DNA of 64,000 nt. Source: Clostridia bacterium. Its GTDB lineage: Bacteria > Bacillota > Clostridia > Christensenellales > UBA1242. How positions within the stretch are numbered: position 1 is the stretch's first letter; each line of letters opens with the position of its first letter. Both the position numbers and the translations under genes were made by a program. The notes beneath the pieces are model-generated. The model was given only the letters and a program-made list of their open reading frames with translations, ran no database searches and was not told the origin of the DNA. This document shows, piece after piece, positions 46,380 to 55,737 of the stretch. Where the stretch lies: assembly GCA_045650505.1 (NCBI GenBank), contig JAZRRE010000010.1, forward strand, positions 15,258-79,257, in the 5' to 3' direction.

Positions 46380-46796
46380 ATGGCAGAAAAAAGATTTGAA
46401 AAAGAAGCACAAATTGCTGCAAATTGGTGGAAAAACAACATTGGTGTTAATGCAAAACAAAATAATGGAGATGAATTTGCATCTTTATTAATGCTTATGA
46501 ATTCGTTAAAAATTAAAGTTGGTGATGAACAAAAAGAAGTTTTTGCAGAAGCTTTAAAAGAGTCAATAAAAACAGAGCTTGGTTATCTTGGAAGGGTTTA
46601 TGTTTCGGTGGATTACGGTCCTGATATATATCTTGCTGATGCGGCTGATAAAGCGGGAATTAGTTACGGAGCATTTCCTGTTAAAACTGCAATGTGGATT
46701 TATGAAGGAAAAGTTCAAGTTGCTTGTGGTTATGGGGCAGAGGCAAAAGAAATTTATAATGCAGAGCAATCTTCGCCACAACCAGGTCAACAATAA
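46380..46796 (+). CDS. Hypothetical protein (138 aa)
   Basis: ORF with SD AAGGAGAG. No motif recognised. Confidence 0.5.
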   Translation: MAEKRFEKEAQIAANWWKNNIGVNAKQNNGDEFASLLMLMNSLKIKVGDEQKEVFAEALKESIKTELGYLGRVYVSVDYGPDIYLADAADKAGISYGAFPVKTAMWIYEGKVQVACGYGAEAKEIYNAEQSSPQPGQQ

Positions 46797-46923
46797 ACTA
46801 AATAAAAATGGTGGATTTTTTCCATCATTTTTTTATTTGTTTTTTATTATTTTAAAGTTATTTTATTTGCGAAAAAGAGACTGTGTGTGGTAATATTATG
46901 TTGAGATTATTTTGGGGGATTTT

Positions 46924-48192
46924 ATGTTAGTTAAAAATGTTAACGGCGAAGCGGTTGGTGCTTCAATGGTGCGTGATTCAGAGTTTTATATTGAACTTGC
47001 TAAATTTGTTCAAGCTTACACCTTGATAATTAACAATCCAAATGAATTTTTGGCAGAAGTTGGCGAAAGTTCTATTAATGAAAAAACAGGCAGAGTAACT
47101 TGGCCACAACTTGTTAAAATTATAAGTAAATGTGATTTTGGTTTTGTTAGCATTCCAACAGAAACTGAACTTAAGGTGTTTTATAACTATGCACTTGAAA
47201 TTGGTTCGCTTGATTCAGTAAAGAAAAAAGTTGCAACTGTTAGTGATGTCGCAGACGCTCAAAAGCATTATTATAATTTTGTTGACAAGGCAAAAGACAA
47301 AGCTGAAAACGAATATTTAAAACAACACGATATTTATCTTTCTCGTGAAAGCGAAATGAGAAATATTGATAATGAACTTTCAAAAATAAAAGCAGGAAGC
47401 ATCTTTGCGTTTGTTATGATGGTTATTTCTTGTTTTATTAGTGTTTTTGGAATCATTAGCTTTTTCTGGAACAATGTTATCGCTTCAAGCGTTGGAAAAA
47501 TTATTCCTGTTTGGAATGAGCAATATATCGGCGGATTAATTTTAATGTTTGTTGGCATTTTACTATTTTATTTATTTGATAAATTGCATGAACAATTTAA
47601 AAGAAAATATTTTAAGCTTGATAGGGCAACAAAAACAATTTTTGAGCGTGGAAATGAAGTTTATATTCAAGAAATCACGCTTAAAAGAAAACTTGATAGA
47701 CTTACAAATGAACTCAAAATTGTTCAAGCTGAACTTAACGATAAAAATAAAAAATATGATGTTCAAGAAAATATCAACCGACTAAAAACAACAAATAAAT
47801 ATTATAAAAAGTACGCTGAAAATGAAGAAGAAATGTTTACAACAACTTCTCCTGCAACTGATGATGAAAGAAATATGAGAGCGGAAGATTTTGCTCCTGT
47901 AACCCTTACTCGTGAGCAAGAAGAAAACCTTCGCCGCGTAAGCAAAGAAGCTATTGTTCTTGAAGGTCAATTTGATGAAGAAGCTTACAAAGAGCAAGTT
48001 GAAGGCACTGCTAGCAGAAGGAAAGAAAAAGAAGAAGCTGAAGCTAAAACTGCTGAAGAAAAAGCTCAAGAAGCTGAAGCAAAAACTCAAGAACAACTCA
48101 AAAATCAAGAGAAAGAACTCTTGGATTCAATTGATTATATTAAAGAAATTTTGGGTTTCACGAATGATGAAGACCTTGAAAAGGGTAAATAA
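46924..48192 (+). CDS. Hypothetical membrane protein with two central TM helices and a Glu/Lys-rich coiled-coil tail
   Basis: The start is moved to ATG 46924 (SD GGGGGA). The TMs are IFAFVMMVISCFISVFGIISFFW and GGLILMFVGILLFYLF. The tail reads EKEEAEAKTAEEKAQEAEAKTQEQ. Confidence 0.6.
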   Translation: MLVKNVNGEAVGASMVRDSEFYIELAKFVQAYTLIINNPNEFLAEVGESSINEKTGRVTWPQLVKIISKCDFGFVSIPTETELKVFYNYALEIGSLDSVKKKVATVSDVADAQKHYYNFVDKAKDKAENEYLKQHDIYLSRESEMRNIDNELSKIKAGSIFAFVMMVISCFISVFGIISFFWNNVIASSVGKIIPVWNEQYIGGLILMFVGILLFYLFDKLHEQFKRKYFKLDRATKTIFERGNEVYIQEITLKRKLDRLTNELKIVQAELNDKNKKYDVQENINRLKTTNKYYKKYAENEEEMFTTTSPATDDERNMRAEDFAPVTLTREQEENLRRVSKEAIVLEGQFDEEAYKEQVEGTASRRKEKEEAEAKTAEEKAQEAEAKTQEQLKNQEKELLDSIDYIKEILGFTNDEDLEKGK

Positions 48193-48304
48193 AATTTGTT
48201 ATGATTTTATTATCAAAAGGTATTCCATTTTCGGTATTTATGTGATATAATATGTCTAACTAGATAATGAGACATAAAAGAAACTCAAAGGGAGGAATGT
48301 GTTT

Positions 48305-51300
48305 ATGGCAGATGATAAAGCACCAAGCGGACCATCAAGTCCTTATTCAAGTTCACCATTTTACCCTCACGTTGCAACAAACACAAGGCAAAAACCTTCT
48401 GTTTACTATAACATTGGTGTATATACAACGCTTTACAATCGTATTAAGGGTGACCTTCAAAACAACTTCGACGGTGATTTGTCAACATTCGACACAGTTA
48501 TCAATGAGAAAATTAAGGAAGGCTTAACAGGACCAAAGGCAAAAGTTGAAGCCTTTTTAAGACAATATGGCTATGAAGGCATAGTCAAGCTTTACAATGA
48601 TGATGAAGTTGATACACCTGAAAAGCTTAAAGCATTAAAAGATAAAGATTATGATTTTCCGGTATCAAGCATTAGTTTTGTTAAAGATTTTGACAAAACT
48701 GTCGCACTTGCCAGAGATTTTGCCAGAGTAAAATATGGCGCTGATAAGAAAAGAACAATGCTTTCTTATGATGATGCCCGTGAAATTATGCTTATCAAAG
48801 AAGAAAAATCTGATAAGATGTTTTATGAGGCTAACAGAACTCTTTTGACAAACGTTGGTGGTTTGGACGGAAAAGGTAAACTTGCTGGTGGTCCACTCAC
48901 TCAAGCGGTAAATAACGCACAAACAAAACTTCGCGGTATGAAGAAAAATCTTCGACTTGGAAGACTTAAGGCTCTTGGTTGGACAGCTCTTGCACTTGGT
49001 GCAGGTGCACTTACCGGTGGTCTTGGATTTGCAACACTCGGGCTTGGAGGATATGCTCTTGGCGGTGTGTTTGGCGCACTTTACACAACTTCTAGTGCAG
49101 CTGCAACACTTGGTGGTTTAGTTGCTACCGGTGCTGCTGGTTATACCACTTATAAAGGTATTCAAGGTTTTATGTCTAGACTTGGTCAAAACTGGAAGGA
49201 TAGAAAGAAACTTGTTCAATTTAAACGCTCAAGAGGCAAATATGCTGAAGCTAAAGAAGATGAATGGGATAAAATGGGCTTTGACAGAGTTAATAAAGCT
49301 TATGATGAACAGGTTGCACTCAGCATTTTCTATAAAAACTTTAATTCAGGAAAAGTTGTTAATCAACGTAAATTGGATAAAAATGGAAAAGTGCTTCCAA
49401 AATATGCAGATTCATTAGAAGCAGCTGACTATGTTCCAAAAGAATATCTTAAAGCTTTTAACAGATATATTTCTAGACAAGAAGAATGGTTTGGACCAAA
49501 AGCTAGAGATGCGAAAGTGTTATTCACAAACGCAAAACACCATAGATTCGTTGCTAACCAAGATTTAAAACCAGGTGAAATGGGATTCTATAATCTTTAT
49601 AGATATATGACTCACGGTGTTGAAGGATATGAAACTTCAGATCTTACACCTGATGAAGTTATTTTAAACTATGGAACAGAAGTTACTTCTGGAACAGGTG
49701 CTAAACCTAGACTTCACCCAGATGTTATCAAAGAACACAAAAATTATCCTGATGAACTTTCATATATCACAGCTAGACTTAAAGAGTATGTTGGATATGA
49801 AGAATCGTTCAAGAAAAAAGGTGCTCTTGGTGAATATCAACAAGGTTTAGAGTTGTTTGTTAAGGCATATAACAATTCATTTAATGGTTCATTATTTGAA
49901 AATGCTTACACTTCAAAAAGTATTGGTGATGCGCTTGCTATCATTGATTCTGATACATTCAAAACTATGATTACAACAACACAATCATCAACAACCGAAT
50001 CTCAATTAAAAGGTATTGTAAGTTTCCTTACAGCTGAAAGAGATAATAACGTTAGACCTGTGAAAGTGCTTTCAGAAAGTGTTGGTGTTGGTGTTGAACA
50101 TCAAATTGATATGTCTGAAACTTCACTTATTAAAGGTTGTGAATCAGTTGGAGATACAACAGCTGAAGCACAAGCAGCGGCTGCTGCACTTGCTGCAATG
50201 AATACTTGTTCAGTTAAGTTTGATGGTGGCAAGGTTGTTCGTGTGGCTAATCCTGCAGTTGTTGCAGCAATCAATGCTGTTGCAGAGCCTAAAACAAAAA
50301 ATTATTTAACACACATACTTAATTCTAAACTTATTGCGTGCAAAGTATCAAATGATACTTACACAACAACACTTCATGGTTCAGAAAAAACCACAGCTCA
50401 AACATTCACTACTAGAATTTATGGACTTGGTTCAAGTGTAGATGCTGCAACTATTAGAAGAGATATCGCAGCTTCTTCACTTTCAACTGCTGTGAAAACA
50501 AACTTAAATGCAATTTTAGATGAACAAATTGATGGTTTAGAAACCGATATTCGTGATAAAGCTAGAGTTAGTGCAGTAAGAGGAATTAAACACGGTTCAA
50601 CAAAATTCACAGAACTTGTTCAAGCTATTGATGAAATCAAGAGTTTCAAAAAAGAAGAACTTCACGATTTGTGGATTAAGATTGAAAAAGTTGATGACCC
50701 AGACCTTCTTAAATATTTAGAGCTTCGTTTTAAAGATAAAGTTACTCACGAACTTATGGAGTATGCTACTGATACTTCTAAATTTGGTGGCGAAAATATT
50801 GAAGCTCAAATGAAGACTCTTAAAGATTTCTTGCTTCAAGCAAGAGCGCTTTGTCCTCAAAGTGGTGTGGGTGATAAATTTATTGATGAATGGCAACTTC
50901 AAGAATGTATTTCAGCATTAAGTGTTCAAGTTAAAACAACATTTAACGCATACCTTGATAATCTTGAAAAGACATTCCTTACAGACACACAAGCAAAGAA
51001 AACAGAGCTCACAAACCTTATCAATCAACCTATTCCGGTTGGTTTAAAAGAGTTTTTTGATACAAAGACTCCTGAAAGTGAGGCTATCTTGAACAGGGCT
51101 AGAAGATTTACTCTTTCTGCGAATGTTTATAACTTTATGACAGTATCATCAATTGGTGGTTATACTGGTCTTATTGACCCTGATTCAGCTGACTCTAAAG
51201 CAGCGCTTAACATCTACTTTAGAAAAGACAGGGGAAGCAGTGATAACCTTCTTGGAATGCTTCAAAGACTTAACTCTGATATTGACCATACTGAAATTAA

Positions 51301-51901
51301 TAGTAGAGACCCTGATATTATTTCAGCTATTCCTGATTTAGATACCACCACTCCAACAGAAACGATTACTATTGGTGGAGAATCTATCACATTCCCTAAA
51401 TTTGCTTCACCGATTGGTCCAAACTTCCATTGTTCAAGAATTATTCGTGATACAACTGGTGGTTATGACCTTTCAGTTCCAACAGGTCAAATGAAGGGAA
51501 GTTTCTTATACAGCACACTTGAAACACTTAAAAGTCCAGATTTCATCAATGCTCCTGCAGATGAAAGACTTGCAGCTCTTGCAATTCTTAAAAAGAAGAT
51601 TACTGCGATGATGAGGGTTCAAATGATTAAGTTGTTTGAAAAGAAGAGAGGAAGTGCAACAACATATCCTGACTTCGTATTGGCTCACAGAGCTGACCTT
51701 GATGCTAACTTGATTACAAATTGGGAAAGCGTTGCTATGATTATCGATAAGCTTATTGATAATGCTAAAAATAATTTAACAACTGCTGATAAAGAAATTT
51801 ACAACGGTGTTGCAAGTGATACAGTTAATGCTGTTCGTGCAATTTGTAACCTTGATGAATATCAAAGAAAAGTTAATGAAACTAGAGTATTTGGTGCATA
51901 A
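48305..51901 (+). CDS. Very large hypothetical protein (1198 aa) with an internal glycine-zipper hydrophobic segment
   Basis: The start is moved to ATG 48305 (SD GGGAGG). The hydrophobic segment is LGWTALALGAGALTGGLGFATLGLGGYALGGVFGALYTTSSAAATLGGLVATGAAGY. There is no signal peptide. No family recognised. Confidence 0.65.
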   Translation: MADDKAPSGPSSPYSSSPFYPHVATNTRQKPSVYYNIGVYTTLYNRIKGDLQNNFDGDLSTFDTVINEKIKEGLTGPKAKVEAFLRQYGYEGIVKLYNDDEVDTPEKLKALKDKDYDFPVSSISFVKDFDKTVALARDFARVKYGADKKRTMLSYDDAREIMLIKEEKSDKMFYEANRTLLTNVGGLDGKGKLAGGPLTQAVNNAQTKLRGMKKNLRLGRLKALGWTALALGAGALTGGLGFATLGLGGYALGGVFGALYTTSSAAATLGGLVATGAAGYTTYKGIQGFMSRLGQNWKDRKKLVQFKRSRGKYAEAKEDEWDKMGFDRVNKAYDEQVALSIFYKNFNSGKVVNQRKLDKNGKVLPKYADSLEAADYVPKEYLKAFNRYISRQEEWFGPKARDAKVLFTNAKHHRFVANQDLKPGEMGFYNLYRYMTHGVEGYETSDLTPDEVILNYGTEVTSGTGAKPRLHPDVIKEHKNYPDELSYITARLKEYVGYEESFKKKGALGEYQQGLELFVKAYNNSFNGSLFENAYTSKSIGDALAIIDSDTFKTMITTTQSSTTESQLKGIVSFLTAERDNNVRPVKVLSESVGVGVEHQIDMSETSLIKGCESVGDTTAEAQAAAAALAAMNTCSVKFDGGKVVRVANPAVVAAINAVAEPKTKNYLTHILNSKLIACKVSNDTYTTTLHGSEKTTAQTFTTRIYGLGSSVDAATIRRDIAASSLSTAVKTNLNAILDEQIDGLETDIRDKARVSAVRGIKHGSTKFTELVQAIDEIKSFKKEELHDLWIKIEKVDDPDLLKYLELRFKDKVTHELMEYATDTSKFGGENIEAQMKTLKDFLLQARALCPQSGVGDKFIDEWQLQECISALSVQVKTTFNAYLDNLEKTFLTDTQAKKTELTNLINQPIPVGLKEFFDTKTPESEAILNRARRFTLSANVYNFMTVSSIGGYTGLIDPDSADSKAALNIYFRKDRGSSDNLLGMLQRLNSDIDHTEINSRDPDIISAIPDLDTTTPTETITIGGESITFPKFASPIGPNFHCSRIIRDTTGGYDLSVPTGQMKGSFLYSTLETLKSPDFINAPADERLAALAILKKKITAMMRVQMIKLFEKKRGSATTYPDFVLAHRADLDANLITNWESVAMIIDKLIDNAKNNLTTADKEIYNGVASDTVNAVRAICNLDEYQRKVNETRVFGA

Positions 51902-51908
51902 TCTAAAC

Positions 51909-51938
51909 AAAAAATCGAGAGAAATCTCGATTTTTTTT
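51909..51938 (+). terminator. Intrinsic terminator
   Basis: ATCGAGA-gaaa-TCTCGAT followed by T8. Confidence 0.8.
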
Positions 51939-52057
51939 ATGTTTGTTTATTTTTGTGCGTTATTTAAAGTCAATTAAGTGCTTTTTTTAATACTTAATTG
52001 ACATTTTCGGTGGTTTGTGCTATTTTTTATATATTATTGTTATTAGGAGGGTTCACT

Positions 52058-53632
52058 ATGCATTGGAGTGAAAGATTAGCAGATAAAGTTATTGAGAGAA
52101 ATCCAAATAAAGAAGTTTATGTTTGTGCAGCAGGAACAAGCCCTTCAGGTAGTGTTCATATTGGCAACTTTAGAGATATTGCAGTGCCTTATTTTGTTGC
52201 GCTTGCACTTAAGAAAAAAGGTAAAAAGGTTAGATTTATACTTTCTTGGGACGACTTTGACAGATTTAGAAAAGTTCCTGTGAATGTTTCAAAAATTGTA
52301 GATGGCTACGAAAATTATGTTGGTTGCCCATATAACCTTATTCCAAACCCATATAATGATGGTTTAGAAAGTTATGCAGCTCATTTTGAAAAAGAATATG
52401 AAGATTCACTTAAAGACCTTGGTATTGAAGTTGAATGTATTTATCAATCAAAAGAATATATGTCAGGCAGATATGCTAAAAAGGTTGTTTATTCTCTTGA
52501 AAGACGTAAAGAAATTTATGATATTTTAATGAGCTTTAAAACACAAGAGGCAAATGATGAAGACAGAGAAAAATATTATCCTGTCGCTGTTTATTGTAGT
52601 GCTTGTAACAAAGATTCAACCGTTGTTGAATCTTACAATGAAGAAACTCATGAACTTACATATTATTGCAAGGCTTGTGGAAAGAAAGAAACAGTTAATG
52701 TTTTAGAATATTTTAAAATTAAACTTTCTTGGAAGATTGACTGGCCAATGAGATGGCAAGAAGAAGATGTTGACTTTGAACCAGGTGGAATTGACCATTC
52801 AACACCAGGTGGAAGTTATGATGTTTCTTCAAGAATTGCAAGAGAAATCTTTAACCATGAACCACCACTTTTCCAAGGTTATGGCTGGCTTGGTTTTGCA
52901 GGTGTTTCAAGTATGCACTCATCAAGTGGTGTAAATATTACTCCTGCAGGTGTTTTAAAATTCTATACACCAGAAATTGTTCGTTGGCTCTTTGCTAAAT
53001 ATGAACCAGAAGATGCTTATAACTTCTATTTTGATGACACAATTATTCGTCATTACTCTGAATTTGATAAAGGTCTTCAAGCATATCTTGCAGGTGAGGC
53101 TGATGAATTCACAAAATCACTCTTTGACCTTTGCTTGATTGAAGGAAAAGAATATCAAAACGAAACATCGTTTAACACAATTTCAAGCCTTGCACCAATT
53201 GTTAACTTTAACCATGATAGTTTGGTTAAAGCAATTTCAAAACTTGATTTGCCTTGGACACCAAGAGCAGATGAAAGATTTGAAAAGGCAACATATTTCA
53301 TCAACACATATCAACCAGAAAAACTCTTCAAACTTTTAGAATCTAAAAATGAAGCATTTATTGCTGATATGACAGAAATTGATAAAGATGTTGTTCGCAA
53401 ACTTCATGATTATCTTGCTTCTCAAGAAGAAGTTAAAGATAAAGAAGTTCAACAATTTATTTATGATACAGTGAATAATCCAAACCTTACAAAGAAAGAA
53501 AATATGGCTATTCAACAAAAATATTTCAAGATTTTCTATAACTTGTTGTTTGGAACAGATGCTGGTCCAAGACTTTATTTGTTCTTTGCTGCTTCTGATA
53601 AAAACACTTATATTGAACTTTTGAATGTTTAA
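52058..53632 (+). CDS. lysK: Lysine--tRNA ligase, class I
   Basis: The start is moved to ATG 52058 (SD AGGAGGG). The motifs are HWSERLADKV...GTSPSGSVHIGNFRD...VRFILSWDDFDRFRKVP...YPVAVYCSACNKDST...KLSWKIDWPMRWQEEDVDFEPGGIDH...SSSG...TPEIVRWLFA. These match the class I LysRS signatures known from spirochaetes and archaea, not class II LysS. Confidence 0.85.
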   Translation: MHWSERLADKVIERNPNKEVYVCAAGTSPSGSVHIGNFRDIAVPYFVALALKKKGKKVRFILSWDDFDRFRKVPVNVSKIVDGYENYVGCPYNLIPNPYNDGLESYAAHFEKEYEDSLKDLGIEVECIYQSKEYMSGRYAKKVVYSLERRKEIYDILMSFKTQEANDEDREKYYPVAVYCSACNKDSTVVESYNEETHELTYYCKACGKKETVNVLEYFKIKLSWKIDWPMRWQEEDVDFEPGGIDHSTPGGSYDVSSRIAREIFNHEPPLFQGYGWLGFAGVSSMHSSSGVNITPAGVLKFYTPEIVRWLFAKYEPEDAYNFYFDDTIIRHYSEFDKGLQAYLAGEADEFTKSLFDLCLIEGKEYQNETSFNTISSLAPIVNFNHDSLVKAISKLDLPWTPRADERFEKATYFINTYQPEKLFKLLESKNEAFIADMTEIDKDVVRKLHDYLASQEEVKDKEVQQFIYDTVNNPNLTKKENMAIQQKYFKIFYNLLFGTDAGPRLYLFFAASDKNTYIELLNV

Positions 53633-53636
53633 TAAG

Positions 53637-53670
53637 CAAAAACCCTTGAATTTTCAAGGGTTTTTATTTT
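53637..53670 (+). terminator. Intrinsic terminator
   Basis: CCCTTGAA-tt-TTCAAGGG followed by a T-run. Confidence 0.8.
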
Positions 53671-53717
53671 GCGTTTTTTAATAAAACCGCTATAATGTTT
53701 TATGTTAGGAGGGGTTT

Positions 53718-54227
53718 ATGGCAAAATTTTTAGTGGCTTCAGATTTTCATGGTTCACTTATTGCACTTCAAAAAACTTTAGATTTATTTAAAGAACATCA
53801 AGCAGATAAACTTATTATTCTTGGTGACACATTTGGAACAGATGCAGAGGAAATGGTTGAACTTTTAAATTCAGTTGCAAACAGACTTACTATTGTGAAA
53901 GGGAATAATGATTGGTACTATGAGTCTGAAAATGCAAAGTTTAAACTTTTTAATGAAACTTATGAAAATATTAATGGAAAAATTGCATATCTTTCACATG
54001 GTCATAAACTCAATGATATGTATCTTGAAGGGTATGGTGCGAAGATTGTTATGATTGGTCATGTGCACAGACCAATTCTTCAAAAAAATGGTGAAATTAT
54101 ATTTATGTGTCCTGGTTCAATGGCAAGACCAAGATATGGAACAGATAAATGCTATGCGCTGATTGATGAAAAAACTATCAAAATTTTGACCGAAGATGGC
54201 GAAATTTATGATGAACTTCCTTATTAA
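53718..54227 (+). CDS. YfcE/MJ0936-family metallophosphoesterase
   Basis: The motifs are ASDFHGS, LGDTFG, GNND, SHGH and GHVH. Confidence 0.8.
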   Translation: MAKFLVASDFHGSLIALQKTLDLFKEHQADKLIILGDTFGTDAEEMVELLNSVANRLTIVKGNNDWYYESENAKFKLFNETYENINGKIAYLSHGHKLNDMYLEGYGAKIVMIGHVHRPILQKNGEIIFMCPGSMARPRYGTDKCYALIDEKTIKILTEDGEIYDELPY

Positions 54228-54389
54228 AATACTAGAAAAATAAAAATAAAATAAGAAAAAAATAAAATTTAATATTTTTTAATCATAACTATTTACAAAA
54301 AATTTTTTTTGGTTATAATTAGAATTACAAAAGCAATATAAATAAATTTTATATTTAACATAAAAAATTCTTATAAAAAGGAGTTCAAT

Positions 54390-54800
54390 ATGGAAAAGAA
54401 AGTTTATGAAGTTCAATTAGATAAGAAAAGTCTTGAAACAACTGCTTCAAAATCAGCAAAAGTTCAAGTTTCAAAATCACAAAAAGAAGTTGAAAAATTT
54501 GGTGTTGTTGAAATTGCAAATAAGTCTTCAAAATGCAAAGTTAAGAAAACAACAGATATTGGATATGAAAAGAATGTAGTTTCTTCTGCAAAAAAATCAA
54601 TCAAGTCAAATCTTGCACAAATTGATGATTATTTTGATTTTAGTTTTAGACCAAATGCTAATAGAACAGCAAAAGTTGAAGCCGTTGCACAAAATGAAAC
54701 AAAAATTGTTGGTGATGCTCAAATTTGCAGCACATATACATTAAATGAAGAAGCAAAGAAAATTATTTCTATTGCTAGAGCGGGTTCATTATTCGGTTAA
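54390..54800 (+). CDS. Hypothetical protein (136 aa)
   Basis: ORF with SD AAAGGAG. Lys/Ser-rich. No motif recognised. Confidence 0.5.
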   Translation: MEKKVYEVQLDKKSLETTASKSAKVQVSKSQKEVEKFGVVEIANKSSKCKVKKTTDIGYEKNVVSSAKKSIKSNLAQIDDYFDFSFRPNANRTAKVEAVAQNETKIVGDAQICSTYTLNEEAKKIISIARAGSLFG

Positions 54801-54883
54801 TAAGAAAAAGACATACGGGTTAGTATGTCTTTTTTACTTTTATTTTAAACATAAGAAAAACACCTCGGGCGCGAGGTGTTTTT

Positions 54884-55606
54884 TTAATCATTTTTTCTAA
54901 AAATCATTGCGTAACTTAAAAATCTTAAGAAATAAAGTGCTGAAACAATGAGTGTTCCTACATATGTTTGAATAGCTGCTTTTAAAACGCGTTTTGCACT
55001 ATCAATTTCACCGCCTGTGAAATCTCCTGTATCTTTAAGAAGCAAAAGTGCATTTTTTGATGCATCGTGTTCAAGAGGGAGGGTTACTAAATAAAAGATA
55101 GTGTTTGCACCATACATTATTATTGCTGCCCATGTGAGAATGTAACCAAAAGATACAAGGGTTGTTGCCATACCTAAAATTGCACCGACAAAAATGAGTG
55201 GAATGTAAAGTTTTGACAAGAAATTAACAACCGGAACAAGTGAACTGCGAAGTCTAAAAAGAAGAGTTCCTTTTGCATCTTGAATTGCGTGGCCAACTTC
55301 GTGAGCACAAACGCCAGCAGCTGCAATTGATGTTGAGTTATAAGTTGAATCTGAAAGCTTAATAACTTTGTTTCTTGGGTCATAACAATCAGTTAAAAAA
55401 CCATTGATTTGAACGACTTCAACATTAGTTATTCCTGCAATTGATAAAAGCTTTTTAGTTAGTTCGTGAGCCGGCATTCCTTTTTGATTTAAACTTTCTG
55501 CGTATTTTTGAAAAGTGTTTTCTGCCATAATGTGACTGATTCCACCATAAATGAAGGCTGGAAGAATCATTAAACAGGCAACAATATAAACAAGTGTCCA
55601 ATCCAT
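54884..55606 (-). CDS. Membrane zinc metallopeptidase (Zn_peptidase_2 / YugP-like)
   Basis: HEVGHAIQD is the HExxH motif. There is an N-terminal TM and C-terminal TM helices with LPLEHDAS. Confidence 0.8.
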   Translation of the reverse strand: MDWTLVYIVACLMILPAFIYGGISHIMAENTFQKYAESLNQKGMPAHELTKKLLSIAGITNVEVVQINGFLTDCYDPRNKVIKLSDSTYNSTSIAAAGVCAHEVGHAIQDAKGTLLFRLRSSLVPVVNFLSKLYIPLIFVGAILGMATTLVSFGYILTWAAIIMYGANTIFYLVTLPLEHDASKNALLLLKDTGDFTGGEIDSAKRVLKAAIQTYVGTLIVSALYFLRFLSYAMIFRKND

Positions 55607-55737
55607 AATATATCTCCTAACAGGTTACATTTTATAATAATTATGCTCTTGTTGTCAAATTTATTATTGGATACTATTTTTGGAGAACTTTGTTGAAATA
55701 TCGTTTAGAATAATGTAAAATAAAATTGGAGATTCAA

